Positions 27,137-37,605 of a stretch of 64,000 bases of DNA are shown here, one piece after another. The stretch is from IMG/VR virus record IMGVR_UViG_3300046472_000138; one strand, written 5' to 3'. Under the pieces are notes generated by a model, which did not search any database, had not been told where the DNA came from, and saw only the letters and a program-made list of their open reading frames with translations. Source of the stretch: an uncultured virus (IMG/VR IMGVR_UViG_3300046472_000138) (taxonomy: Duplodnaviria > Heunggongvirae > Uroviricota > Caudoviricetes). The position numbers were made by a program, and so were the translations under genes. Positions within the stretch are counted from its first letter, which is position 1. Each line of letters starts with the position of its first letter.

Positions 27137-28188
27137 TGTCGATCTATCTTGCTCCATATGTCGGGACTGGAAAATTTAGAGTCGATCCTTTTAGACCATA
27201 TGGATACGATGAGCCTGGATGGTCATCTTTTGATTTAAGAAAAGATTGCACCAAACTAGGCAAATGTCTAGTCGAATACCAATTCCCAAACAACAATTAC
27301 AGACTAACAAAAATTGCCGAACATGGCTCTGAGTTAGAGCCTTGGGTTAAGACTCTCGGCTTTGATGATTTCCATCTAGGGAATTGGTCTTGGTATCGGA
27401 ATCCACATCAAGAGGAATTTATTTATGAAGTGGTTGGGCGTGATTTTTTAAAGAAGAGGAATCTTCGGCCAAAATTAATTGCCTCTTTAGGTTCTGCCTT
27501 GATTGCTTCTATTCTTGCTTCTTCAGGTTTGCTGGATTGGAAAGAAATCCTGCTTCTTATTCCGCCTTTCTTAACTCTTCCTGCAACTGATAATTTTTCT
27601 GGTTCTGTTGCTAATCTTATTGATCCACCTTGGAAACCTGTTAGGTCAGGAGCAAATTTCCTTATGCAACGAAATGGCAGTAGCCAAGCCACTCCAGCTA
27701 CTGTTGGAGGGTCATTCGATGCCTTTGCTTATTGGGATAGTGACACTTTTAACAATAATCAATATTCTCAATCAGTCTTTAAAGGGGCAGTGGCAGGAAG
27801 TGCTTACGTTTACATAATTTGTAGAGCGACTGGGCAAGACGCAACGCAGACATATTACTGGTGCTGGACTGATGGGTCAGGGGGAGATAATCATTTATTT
27901 AAAACAGTCAATAATGCTGGGACAGATTTACAAAACATTGGTGCAACATATGCTGTAAATGATTTGTTTTATATAGAAGCGAATGGAACAACGATCAAAG
28001 TTAAAAAGAATGGAGTCCAGACTGGAACTAATCAAACCGATAGCTCAATTGCTTCTGGGGCTGCCGGTATTGGTGGAGTTGGGAATGCCTCCTTAAGCCT
28101 TGTAACTAATTTTGAAGGCGGGAATATAGCCGCTTCAACAGGGAAAAGATTCTCAAATCTGGCTTTGTTAGGGGTTGGGAATAATTAG
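27136..28188 (+). CDS. Putative receptor-binding protein with lectin-like beta C-terminal domain
   Basis: DNFS...NQYSQ...IE.NGTTIKV.KNG...TDSSI.SG..GI; ends LALLGVG. Confidence 0.55.
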   Translation: MSIYLAPYVGTGKFRVDPFRPYGYDEPGWSSFDLRKDCTKLGKCLVEYQFPNNNYRLTKIAEHGSELEPWVKTLGFDDFHLGNWSWYRNPHQEEFIYEVVGRDFLKKRNLRPKLIASLGSALIASILASSGLLDWKEILLLIPPFLTLPATDNFSGSVANLIDPPWKPVRSGANFLMQRNGSSQATPATVGGSFDAFAYWDSDTFNNNQYSQSVFKGAVAGSAYVYIICRATGQDATQTYYWCWTDGSGGDNHLFKTVNNAGTDLQNIGATYAVNDLFYIEANGTTIKVKKNGVQTGTNQTDSSIASGAAGIGGVGNASLSLVTNFEGGNIAASTGKRFSNLALLGVGNN

Positions 28189-28190
28189 TT

Positions 28191-29642
28191 ATGCCTGGAA
28201 CTTTTACAAATTTCTGTTGCCGTTCTGGTGGATCAAATCTAAACGCAGGAACTAGGACTGGAGATACAACAGAGCCTGGAACTGGACCATTCAAATCTTA
28301 TGTATCCGGTACATGGGTACAGGCAACAAGGACATTCACTCCTGCTGGTGGAGCAAATCCAGTAACAGATGGAATTGCCGTCGGTGATTTTGTTTCAATC
28401 TTTCCTGATGCGGCGACAGTTTCTCCTTATGTCGCTAGAATTACAACAGTTACAGCAACTACCTTCATTACCAGTAATACAGCAAAATCAGGAACAGCTC
28501 CTGTTGATGGAGCTACTAACACAACGGCAAACATTGGAGGAGCCTGGAAAGGTCCAAATGCAGCCGAGGCTTTCCCGATTGGATTTGTTGCCTCAGCAAT
28601 GACCAATGTTGCAGGGAATATCCCCCGTATAAATTTCAAGAATACCGCTTCATACTCTATTACCGCCGCCATGACTCAGGCTGTAAACGGCCCATTAGTG
28701 TGGCAAGGATATAACTCTAGTTACGGTGATGGTGGGCTGGCAATAATTGATGGAGGAAGTTCAGGAGCAAGTTATATCCTGCTTACTTTATCTGGGAGTG
28801 CAAACCAATTACAGGAATTAATATTTCAAAATAATGGAGCAACTGGGAGTGCAACTGGAGTCCTTATTTCAGGGGCGAGAAATAATGTTGTAGGTTGCGT
28901 TGTTAATAATGTAGTTGGGCATGGAATACAGTGTACCCAAACCTCCATTGGTTTAATAGAATGTGAAGCATATTCCTGTAATACCTCTAATACCTCTGCC
29001 CTTGGTGGATTTGCATCAAATAACGACCAAAAGCTCATAAGATGCATCTCCCACGATAACAGCGCAGGAGCTAATGCTCATGGATTGGTTGTGACTGCTA
29101 CTGGAGTTGTTTGCATAGATTGCATTTTTGATACCAACTCAGGAAATGGAATTCTCGTCAATGCACAAGGTCAAGCAACAATAGAAAACTGCGATTTTTA
29201 CAATAATTCAGTCAATGGAATTCTCATTGCAAATGCTTCAATACCTTTTATTATTGAAAGCTGTAATTTCCTCAAAAATACAACAGCCGGAATAAATATT
29301 GCAAATGCTTTAGGGACTTGTGTTGGGAATATTCGCAACTGTGGTTTTGGTACTGGAACTATGGCGAATGGAACAGATATTATTAACGATACAAATATCC
29401 TTGAGTCTGGGAATATAAGCTATGCTTCCGGTGTAACACCTTGGGCTGCTCCTGACACTGGTAATTTTAAGATCACCCTTGCGGCGGCAATTAATGCCGG
29501 GCGAGGAACTTTTACAGAGACTCAAGCTAGTTATACGGGTACAGTTGGATTTCCTGTCATTGGGGCAGCGCAAGCAGTTGTCTCGGCTCTATTATCTGCG
29601 GGACTTGCTGCATTAAGATTGATCGGAGTTGGTCGATGGTAA
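28191..29642 (+). CDS. Right-handed beta-helix spike-like protein
   Basis: Repeated NC.F..N..NGI units; ends LRLIGVG. Confidence 0.75.
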   Translation: MPGTFTNFCCRSGGSNLNAGTRTGDTTEPGTGPFKSYVSGTWVQATRTFTPAGGANPVTDGIAVGDFVSIFPDAATVSPYVARITTVTATTFITSNTAKSGTAPVDGATNTTANIGGAWKGPNAAEAFPIGFVASAMTNVAGNIPRINFKNTASYSITAAMTQAVNGPLVWQGYNSSYGDGGLAIIDGGSSGASYILLTLSGSANQLQELIFQNNGATGSATGVLISGARNNVVGCVVNNVVGHGIQCTQTSIGLIECEAYSCNTSNTSALGGFASNNDQKLIRCISHDNSAGANAHGLVVTATGVVCIDCIFDTNSGNGILVNAQGQATIENCDFYNNSVNGILIANASIPFIIESCNFLKNTTAGINIANALGTCVGNIRNCGFGTGTMANGTDIINDTNILESGNISYASGVTPWAAPDTGNFKITLAAAINAGRGTFTETQASYTGTVGFPVIGAAQAVVSALLSAGLAALRLIGVGRW

Positions 29643-30991
29643 AATCTTTCTATTCTAGTATCGTCATTATCTTCTTTTCACTTTCACTTCAAGCTACTCC
29701 GATTGATGTCTCCCAGCTTGCGACTTCTGGCAATGGAAGCCAAGCCTCATGCTGGCAAGGTTGGGACACTGCGGCTACCTGGGTAGGAGAACAGGAATAT
29801 TATTTCCCTGGAGGAGTTTATTGCTACTCGACCTCTCCAAACTTCCTGCAAACTGGCATTGCTCTCAGGGGTGAAGCGGGAACGGTTCTAAAGCATATTG
29901 GCTCTGGAAATGCTGTCGTATTCGATAATCCGACTGCTTGGACTGAAAATGTTCGGATGGAGAATTTTATTATTCAAGGAAACTCGGCAACAACGAATGG
30001 GCTATTTCTTCGAGGATTGAGAGATTCTTATTTTAAGCATATTTCTGTCAGAGATGTTTCTGGAGCTGGTTTATGGTCCGAAGCTTGCGTAACGAATATC
30101 CTAGAAAATTTTAGGGTTACACATGCTGAGAATCCTAATTTTGTCTGGAATGTGAAGCCCGCTTACGGAATTGTTGTTGGCGGGAGAAATGGGAGCGGAG
30201 TTGATACGACAACCTACTGGACGATCGTCAATCCGGTGATTGAGGATGTAAAACTTGTAGGAATCTGGATCAAGCCCAATTGCTTCGGAATGTATATCAC
30301 GGGCGGAACGGTTGAGGGGAACGCTACCCCTGGATTCATCGGGGCTTTGATTGAAGGCTATTGGAACAAGTTGGATACCACTGATTTCGAGGCGAACGGG
30401 TCAAACACGGACATTCAGATTTCAAATAAAGAGAACTTTCTAACCAACGTTCTCAGTGGGAACTTTACTCATATTGTAGCCGGAGCGAGTAATCAAATTT
30501 CTGGTGGAAGTTACCACAACTTGACCATTGATCCTTTTGTCCATCAAACGATTTTAAGCGGAATTGAATGGACTGGCGTTCTGACTGACTTAGATACTCA
30601 GATTTCAACGATTAAGTTTGGGAATGTTGGTCCTTCGACTCAAGGCGGGTTGAGATATGATTCTCAGATTGGGAATGTTGTTCCCAATATGCTTCAACCT
30701 TCCTTTACTGGCGGGATTATCGGGACCGATTGTCTAAGAGCCTCTAATTTTTACATTGCCGTATTCTCGGACGTAATCTTAGGGAATCCCATTAATCCTG
30801 TAAATGGACAAAAGATTACCTGGAGAATTCAGCAAGGGGCTTGTTGCGGAGGGGCGCATAATATTTCTTATGGGTCTAAATTCAGACCAAGGGCAGATGG
30901 GACTTTCCCGACACTAATCAACGCTCCTGTATCATTCACCTACATTACAGCAATCTACAATTCAACTTTAGGCTCATGGGATATCCAATAA
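29636..30991 (+). CDS. Pectate-lyase-like beta-helix protein with signal-like N-terminus
   Basis: YFPGGVY...I.LRGE.GTVLK, asparagine-ladder repeats. Confidence 0.75.
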   Translation: MVKSFYSSIVIIFFSLSLQATPIDVSQLATSGNGSQASCWQGWDTAATWVGEQEYYFPGGVYCYSTSPNFLQTGIALRGEAGTVLKHIGSGNAVVFDNPTAWTENVRMENFIIQGNSATTNGLFLRGLRDSYFKHISVRDVSGAGLWSEACVTNILENFRVTHAENPNFVWNVKPAYGIVVGGRNGSGVDTTTYWTIVNPVIEDVKLVGIWIKPNCFGMYITGGTVEGNATPGFIGALIEGYWNKLDTTDFEANGSNTDIQISNKENFLTNVLSGNFTHIVAGASNQISGGSYHNLTIDPFVHQTILSGIEWTGVLTDLDTQISTIKFGNVGPSTQGGLRYDSQIGNVVPNMLQPSFTGGIIGTDCLRASNFYIAVFSDVILGNPINPVNGQKITWRIQQGACCGGAHNISYGSKFRPRADGTFPTLINAPVSFTYITAIYNSTLGSWDIQ

Positions 30992-32397
30992 AGAAAGTCA
31001 GCATCATCACGGTTTGTCATAATCAGCTTGCACATACAAAGCGGTTTATCAAGAGCCTCATCCGGTACACGCCGCAAGAGCCGATAGCATGGGAGTTGAT
31101 TGTAATTGATTCAGGATCAACTGATGGTACTGACAAATGGTTAAAAGAAAACATAGACTGCGAACAAGAACAATATTGCACTGGTAGATTTGATGAAAAT
31201 ATTGGCTGGATCAAGGGGATTAATCAAGGACTCTTGGCTATGTCAAGAGATTCAGATATTGTCATCTTCTCTAATAACGATGTTGTTCTTGAAAGAACAG
31301 GCTGGCTGGAAACCCTTTGCAAGCACTTTACTGAGAGCGTCGGGGCGGTTGGTCCAACTTCTAATTACGTCATGGGAAGGCAACAGGCAGAAAATAACGT
31401 GCCGGGAGTGACAGAAGAAGAAACAAGGTTCTTGATTGGTTTCTTCATGGCCGTAAGAAAAGATGTGATCGACTCACTTGGACCGCTTGAGGAGAATCTA
31501 GCCGATTGGCTGCCAGATGCTGATGAAGAGACAAAGCAGAAACTAGCACTCGGTGGAGCGGATGACCTGGATTACTCAATCAGAATGAGAATTTATGGTT
31601 ATCGCATGATGATAGCAAGAGATGTCTTCGTATGGCATTCAGGAAGCAAGACTTTCTTCGATGTTGTCGGCAAGGATGGATACAACAACCAATGGAGAAC
31701 AGCGGATCAGGCACTATTGAATAAATGGGGACCGGAAGAACTCAATGAGTTATATGCTGCACCTCTCAAGCTAGCCTTTGGAATTCCACTCAGGGGCTGG
31801 CACGTTCACTGGAAATTTGCTTCTAGCTTGAACCAGATGATAAAACCTCCAAACTGGGAGCAGATTGAAGCACCTCGCACAGTGGTTGACCATGCAAGGA
31901 ATTTAATCGTCCTGCAGGCCCAGAAAGACAACGCTAGTTATATTCTTTTCGTTGACGATGATCAGATTTTCCCGCGGGATTTGTTCTTTAGACTATTAGG
32001 GCATGGGAAAGAAGTGGTAGCGGCACTCGCTTTTGGGCGGGTTGCTCCCTATCGGCCTTGTGTCTATTCCTGGGAAACATCACGAGAGAATGGGAATCTG
32101 ATGGTACGGGACAGGCCGGACTTGATTAGGACTGGATTACAAAAGGTTGATGCTGTCGGGATGGGTGCAATGCTCATCAGGATGGACGTTTTTAAGCGTT
32201 TGGGCGGCCAGCCTTGGTTTAAGTTTGATGAAGTGGGAGAAGACTTGACCTTCTGCGACAAATGCGCTCAGAAGGGAATTCCAGTCTATTGTGACACCGA
32301 TCTAATCTTGCCTCACATCACAGATGAAGGGGTAGAGATTACGGATTATCATTTCAATGAATATTACAAGTTTCAGCAACAACAAAAAGTTGTATGA
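30976..32397 (+). CDS. Double GT-A glycosyltransferase, paralog of 4880-6685 without the methyltransferase domain
   Basis: Shared VGAVGPTSNYV.GRQ, LIGFFM.VRKDV, GADD.DYSIR and CDTDLILPHI. Confidence 0.9.
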   Translation: MGYPIKKVSIITVCHNQLAHTKRFIKSLIRYTPQEPIAWELIVIDSGSTDGTDKWLKENIDCEQEQYCTGRFDENIGWIKGINQGLLAMSRDSDIVIFSNNDVVLERTGWLETLCKHFTESVGAVGPTSNYVMGRQQAENNVPGVTEEETRFLIGFFMAVRKDVIDSLGPLEENLADWLPDADEETKQKLALGGADDLDYSIRMRIYGYRMMIARDVFVWHSGSKTFFDVVGKDGYNNQWRTADQALLNKWGPEELNELYAAPLKLAFGIPLRGWHVHWKFASSLNQMIKPPNWEQIEAPRTVVDHARNLIVLQAQKDNASYILFVDDDQIFPRDLFFRLLGHGKEVVAALAFGRVAPYRPCVYSWETSRENGNLMVRDRPDLIRTGLQKVDAVGMGAMLIRMDVFKRLGGQPWFKFDEVGEDLTFCDKCAQKGIPVYCDTDLILPHITDEGVEITDYHFNEYYKFQQQQKVV

Positions 32398-32400
32398 TTC

Positions 32401-33429
32401 ATGCCATTCAAGTTGCACACAATTATAATATCCGTCCTGCTCTCGCTAGGGGGTTACTTTGGCAACCTTGCCGATGCTCAAACTATAAGTGTAGCCAAAG
32501 GGACTGCAATTGATACAATTGCAAAGGGAATCGCCCTACTCACTCCTGGGGGAACACTAATTGTTAATTCAGGCTCTTATGCCGAAGTCATTGGAAACAT
32601 CCCTTCTGGAACGTCAGATTCACTTAGGACAACGATTCAAGCCAATGGTGCGGTCATCTGCAATGGAATTGATGTTTATAGCCGGAATTACATCACAGTC
32701 AGGGGATTCACGTTTAACGGTTACACAAACCGCATAGGCCGATCCAGTGAAACGAATGCGCCTAGCACCTATATCACATTTGAGAACTGCACTGCCCAGA
32801 ATTGGGGAGGGGGAGGATCAGGCGGCGGCGGATTCATGCCGGGATTCAGGCAATACGGAGTCAGTTGCTTTATCCGACTCATTAACTGCTCGGCACACGG
32901 TAATGGAAGTACGAGCCTCGATCATGGGGTATACGTCTCAGGCCGTGACATTACAGTCCAAGGGGGTAGTTTTTACGGCAATTCAGGTCATGGAATCCAG
33001 GTCTTCGCATCTGCCGGGGCTGGTTCAACGAATAATTCCATAGTCCAGGGTGTAGATGCTCACGATAACGGATCCTTCGGGATTGGGCTTTATTCAGGCG
33101 TAAACCTTCGGGCAATTGGAAACAAGGTTTATAATAATGGGAAGACTATCTCCGGCTCAGGTCAACTCAGAATCGACTATGGAGCTATTTCGGCAGTGGT
33201 TCAAAACAATGACATTTGCGGGGCAAATCCTATTGTTGACAATGGAACAAATACCCAGAAGTCTAACAATACTTGCGGGGGTGTAGTGATTCCTCCAACT
33301 CCATTGCCTCCTGTCACAGTTCCTCCGCCATCAAATTTAAATACTCCTCCCGCGGCTAGTTCTGGAATTTCTCCGATGGTCCTAGCAGCTGGAGCGGGGT
33401 TTTTGTTATTGATTATGTCAGGCGAGTAA
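32401..33429 (+). CDS. Beta-helix protein with N-terminal signal and C-terminal TM anchor
   Basis: HG.Y...N.GHGI...HDN..GI repeats; Pro linker followed by TM. Confidence 0.75.
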   Translation: MPFKLHTIIISVLLSLGGYFGNLADAQTISVAKGTAIDTIAKGIALLTPGGTLIVNSGSYAEVIGNIPSGTSDSLRTTIQANGAVICNGIDVYSRNYITVRGFTFNGYTNRIGRSSETNAPSTYITFENCTAQNWGGGGSGGGGFMPGFRQYGVSCFIRLINCSAHGNGSTSLDHGVYVSGRDITVQGGSFYGNSGHGIQVFASAGAGSTNNSIVQGVDAHDNGSFGIGLYSGVNLRAIGNKVYNNGKTISGSGQLRIDYGAISAVVQNNDICGANPIVDNGTNTQKSNNTCGGVVIPPTPLPPVTVPPPSNLNTPPAASSGISPMVLAAGAGFLLLIMSGE

Positions 33430-33611
33430 TGTTTAAAGATTCAACCAATCAGGAAACTCTTGGAACGTGCGATGTTTGCAAACAGCAGAAAATGGTGTCT
33501 TATTGTCCATTATGCAAAGCGTGGTTGTGTGATCAATGTCAACGAGATTGGGCAGGTAGGGGGTTAGCTGCCCTGAAAAGATTTTTGGATTACGGGCGCG
33601 CAATCTAAACA

Positions 33612-33923
33612 ATGGCTATATCTCTGAAAAAATACATGCGCGTTCATCAGGAGGAGACTAAAGCGCGATGGCGGGCGCATGAACGTGAACATGAATTTCT
33701 GGAAATGGCTCGGCTTACAGCCGAAAACTCAATGAATCAAAGACTGGCAGCAATGAACGAATTCCGCAGCCAACTAGAGAAGCAAGCCGATGGATTCGCC
33801 AGTAAAACTACAGTTGAGGAACTACAACGATTTCGGGATCGATTTATTGGGGTACTTTTCGGGGTGACTGCATTAAATGCGTTTGTGAGCTATTTAATCA
33901 TAAAAATCTTAGGGTTTAAGTAA
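33612..33923 (+). CDS. Coiled-coil protein with C-terminal TM (lysis-region type)
   Basis: RL..MNEFR.QL; hydrophobic C-terminus. Confidence 0.55.
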   Translation: MAISLKKYMRVHQEETKARWRAHEREHEFLEMARLTAENSMNQRLAAMNEFRSQLEKQADGFASKTTVEELQRFRDRFIGVLFGVTALNAFVSYLIIKILGFK

Positions 33924-34498
33924 TGCCAAGCCTTTCAGACATTCAAAACCTGATCATACAGGATGCCACTCAACAGGGGTTGAATCCTGCCTTGGCGTTG
34001 GCGATTGCTGAGACTGAAAGCGCATTCAATCCAGGTGCGGTCAGTCCGGTTGGGGCGGTTGGAGTCTTTCAGTTGATGCCTGCCACGGCGGGAGATTTAG
34101 GTGTTGATCCTTATGATTGGCAACAGAACATTGACGGGGGAACTAGATACCTTTCCAGCCTCTCAAGTCATTACCCTGGTCGACCAGATCTCATTTTAGC
34201 GGCCTACAATTGGGGTATGGGTAATGTTAACAGGATGATATGGGGGTCGACAGGATTTCCACCGGGGCAGACAATACAGGCGTTCTCGACTTCTCAGGTC
34301 ATGGGAAGTGTGCCGGGTGAAACTTCAGCCTATATCAATCGGGTTACTTCTCTGATGGTGAAATGGTCAAATGATCCGATCTTGATAGGCGTGCCAGGGA
34401 CAGACAACGGCGGGGTTGATATCACCAATTCAGATCAGCTAGTTATCATCGGGGTTGTTGTAGGGGTGATGTTGTTGTGGGTGATGCTGAAAAGATAG
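33923..34498 (+). CDS. Lytic transglycosylase (SLT) with C-terminal TM anchor
   Basis: ESAFNP.AVS..GA.G.FQLMP.TA, NI.GG..YL, AAYNWG; TM ending LKR. Confidence 0.92.
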   Translation: MPSLSDIQNLIIQDATQQGLNPALALAIAETESAFNPGAVSPVGAVGVFQLMPATAGDLGVDPYDWQQNIDGGTRYLSSLSSHYPGRPDLILAAYNWGMGNVNRMIWGSTGFPPGQTIQAFSTSQVMGSVPGETSAYINRVTSLMVKWSNDPILIGVPGTDNGGVDITNSDQLVIIGVVVGVMLLWVMLKR

Positions 34499-35393
34499 GA
34501 TCAGAAAAAAATTCTGCAATTAACCCGAATAAAGCATCGTGGTAAGGACTTGATAACCAATCATCATCGCTTGAAGCTATTTCTTCCAATTGGTCAGCCT
34601 TTTTATTTATTGTTCCAATGAAAGCCACTAGAACAGCCTCAACATATTTCTTATCGGTTAAGCCATTTTCCATGCACCATTTATTGAAGGCTTCTGTCAT
34701 TCCTTCTCCTCCTCAACCTCAACCTTGTAAGTGCCATTCTGCATTGCATTGCGTAGCTCAACCATCGACAGGCGGGCCTCTTTCTCTGAATCGTATTCCC
34801 GGTTGATGATGTCCGATCGGTCAAGGTCAAGGATGTTGACAACATAGAATCCGGCTTCATTCTTGGCGATCCTGATATAGTGCGTGATAGGTTGATAACC
34901 AAGAGGAGTAATAATTTCTTTTTGTTTATGTTTGAATTTGAAGAGGCTCATTTCCCCTCCGGAACCCATTCGTAACAATAATCGTCAGTAGCAACCCACG
35001 GCCAACAGGTTGCGTAAGCCTCTCCATCTTGCATCATTCCTTCCATTTGGCAATGCGGGGCTTTACGGTGGCAAGTCCCACCATTTTCATCTTCTGGAAC
35101 AAACGCGCCACAATTGCCGCAAGCCTGATCTTTTGATTTAGCCATTTTCCCCTCTCTTTTGATTTTGACTGTGTTGCTCATGGTTTCTTTTCTAATTCAG
35201 TAAGTAAAGCATCAGCTAGTGAAACTGTGTTAGTAACTAATCTATTTTGCAATTCATTGTTAATCGGAAGCGCACCGCAAGCCCTAATAATTTCTAGCAG
35301 AATATCCTTTGCTAGATTGAAGCGGTCGCTTGTAGTTCCAACTATTGGAATTACTCCGCAACCTTCTGACATTCCCTCAGTTCTTTCATTCAT
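34446..35393 (-). other. Run of four or five small overlapping early hypothetical genes
   Basis: ORFs 34446-34700, 34697-34978, 34948-35181 (Cys-rich) and 35178-35393, with overlapping starts and stops. Confidence 0.6.
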
Positions 35394-35947
35394 GCGCTCA
35401 CCCTAGCCTTGTATCGGTAAAATGTGGCAATCGATATTTTAGCCATGCGGCAAATGTCCTCTGGCCGGTTGGCAGGGTCTTTGGCAAGATTGAGGACCAT
35501 TTCCAATCCCTTATCTTTTAGCTTGCGCGGCCTTCCCCCCGTCTCGCCCTTCTCCCTTGCCGCGGCTCTCCCGATTTCAGTTCTCTCGTTGATCAATTCC
35601 CTCTCAAATTCGGCGAGTGCCGCCATGATATGAAAGAAAAGCCTCCCTGTTGACGTTGATGTGTCTATATTCTCATTCAGTGATACAAATTCAACTTTGC
35701 GATTCCTGAGATTGTTGACAGTGGAGACGAGGTGATTGAGACTTCTCCCAAGCCGATCAAGTTTCCATACGACCAAGCAATCACCTTCTTGTACTTTTTC
35801 GATTGCCCTTTGCATTTCTGGTCGGTCCTTGTTTGCGCCGGAGACTTTTTCTTTGAAGATTTCTTCACAACCGTATTTTTCGAGTGCTTGGGACTGAATT
35901 TCAAGTTTTTGGTCACGCGACGAGACTCTGGCATATCCTATTCTCAT
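35390..35947 (-). CDS. Small serine recombinase (resolvase/invertase) with C-terminal HTH
   Basis: IGYARVSS.DQ, VVWKLDRLGRS, LAEFERELI.ERT, GGRP, IS.ATFYRY. Confidence 0.95.
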   Translation of the reverse strand: MRIGYARVSSRDQKLEIQSQALEKYGCEEIFKEKVSGANKDRPEMQRAIEKVQEGDCLVVWKLDRLGRSLNHLVSTVNNLRNRKVEFVSLNENIDTSTSTGRLFFHIMAALAEFERELINERTEIGRAAAREKGETGGRPRKLKDKGLEMVLNLAKDPANRPEDICRMAKISIATFYRYKARVSA

Positions 35948-36030
35948 TATTTAGCTGAAATCGATTTATGAGTATCCATACTTTTGAAATTGAGTTTTGA
36001 TAATCTATTAGCGACAAATTATTGTCAATC

Positions 36031-36864
36031 TCAAAAAGTGTAATTATGAGAATGATGGATTAAAGCAGGTCTTACCCATCTCCGCTGAAATGATTTCCAT
36101 TTTATTTCCGGTTTCCATTTTTCGGCTGAAGGTGTTTCCGGTTGCCACAGCATAGCCATTGGAGTGAATCCAATCGAAAGCATTTGGGTCAATCGCTTCT
36201 CAGCCAATTCGAGGGTGTCTTTCGGAAATCCAATTAGGACATAACAACGAAGATTATGGGAGCAAGCTGTAAATCCAGACTCAAGTAATCTCGATGCAGC
36301 ACTTCTTAAGGTTTCAAACGGATCGCCAGGATCGTAGGCAAAGAAGCAAACCGGCTTAGGTTTCAAATCGGCCAATAATCCGACTTGATAATCCTCTAAT
36401 GCCATTGCTTCAAGTCCTCCGGTAAATTCTACTCTACCCTTCTGCTTTCTGAGCATTTCAAAAACAGTCTCAACATGAGGGCGAGGACAAGCCAAGAGAT
36501 TATCATCGAGAATATTCCAACCTTCTTGGACCGGCAGCAAGCGTGGAACAGGGTCACGTTTCCAGACAGAGCAAAACCAGCATTTCCTTGGACAACCCCT
36601 TGATGTGAAGGTATAGCCATGCTTGATATACTTGCCAGGAATAAAGTCTAAGCCAGGATCACCGTAGGCCACTCCTCCGACCTTAACAGGAGCTACTCTT
36701 TCCCATTGATGCGCTAACCATTCAGCTTTTGGTTTATCTTGGGTGAAGGCAACCGAGATATGAATTTCGTCGGCTTCATCAAAAAACCCAGGCGGGCCGA
36801 ATCTGGCTAATTCATCATCAGGGGTTGCTTTTGTGATTCTTGGGAAAACTCTAATTAGCTTCAC
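36031..36864 (-). CDS. Phage-type radical SAM protein
   Basis: TSRGCPRKCWFC, LDDNLLA, CYVLIGF. Confidence 0.85.
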   Translation of the reverse strand: MKLIRVFPRITKATPDDELARFGPPGFFDEADEIHISVAFTQDKPKAEWLAHQWERVAPVKVGGVAYGDPGLDFIPGKYIKHGYTFTSRGCPRKCWFCSVWKRDPVPRLLPVQEGWNILDDNLLACPRPHVETVFEMLRKQKGRVEFTGGLEAMALEDYQVGLLADLKPKPVCFFAYDPGDPFETLRSAASRLLESGFTACSHNLRCYVLIGFPKDTLELAEKRLTQMLSIGFTPMAMLWQPETPSAEKWKPEIKWKSFQRRWVRPALIHHSHNYTF

Positions 36865-36887
36865 TTAAAGACCTTCGTTTTTGAGAA

Positions 36888-37605
36888 TCAGCACTTAGGT
36901 TCCTTCTCCTTCATACCTTGTTTATACTTTTCCATCAAATCGGCGCATTTTCTGAAACAAGCAATGATCCTGCCGACCTCTTCTGGGTTTCCATCCCAAA
37001 ATTCTTCTTTTATTAATTCCTTAACTCTCTCTTCCAGATTGTCCCGATGCTCTAGCGATTCATGGTGAATAGTCTTTGCCTCTTTAACCAGTTCTGCAAA
37101 GAGGCATATGTCAACCGGAGATTTCTTAGCGTAACTGCTTATGGTGAAACTGGCTTCGGTAAAGTAATCTTTCAAAGCAAGCCAGACATGCTTGTTTATA
37201 ATCGGGTCAAGGCTGATAGTAGCCGTAATGTCACCACCTATGTTTGACAATTCAACTTCCTCGTCAGCATCCCAGACATGAGGGAATTTATCTGTCTGGT
37301 CATCAAAAGAAAGATCCCACATTGATTTAGTCTTGGCTTTCTTCATTGTCACCTCTAGAACAATCTATACAGCACTCCATTTTCCCATATGAAAGAAAGT
37401 ACCGCTTGCACTCCTTACAAGCATCAATCTTCTTTTTCTCATCATCTGGGAGTTGAGCCAGTACCTTATTCAGTTGATCCTTGACCGATGCAACTGAATC
37501 CATGCTTTCCTGAATTTCTTTCACCTTGTTGAGCAGCATAACGCATCGCTCAACGTCTATTCTAAGGCGGTTCATTTCAGCGACTGCGGTTGAAAGTTTT
37601 GGCAT
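36888..37605 (-). other. Two hypothetical early genes (36888-37352, 37327-37605)
   Basis: ORFs tile the early operon. Confidence 0.55.

Noticed and set aside
35390..35947. Tn3-family transposon
   Set aside because: No transposase or 38-bp terminal inverted repeats recognisable.
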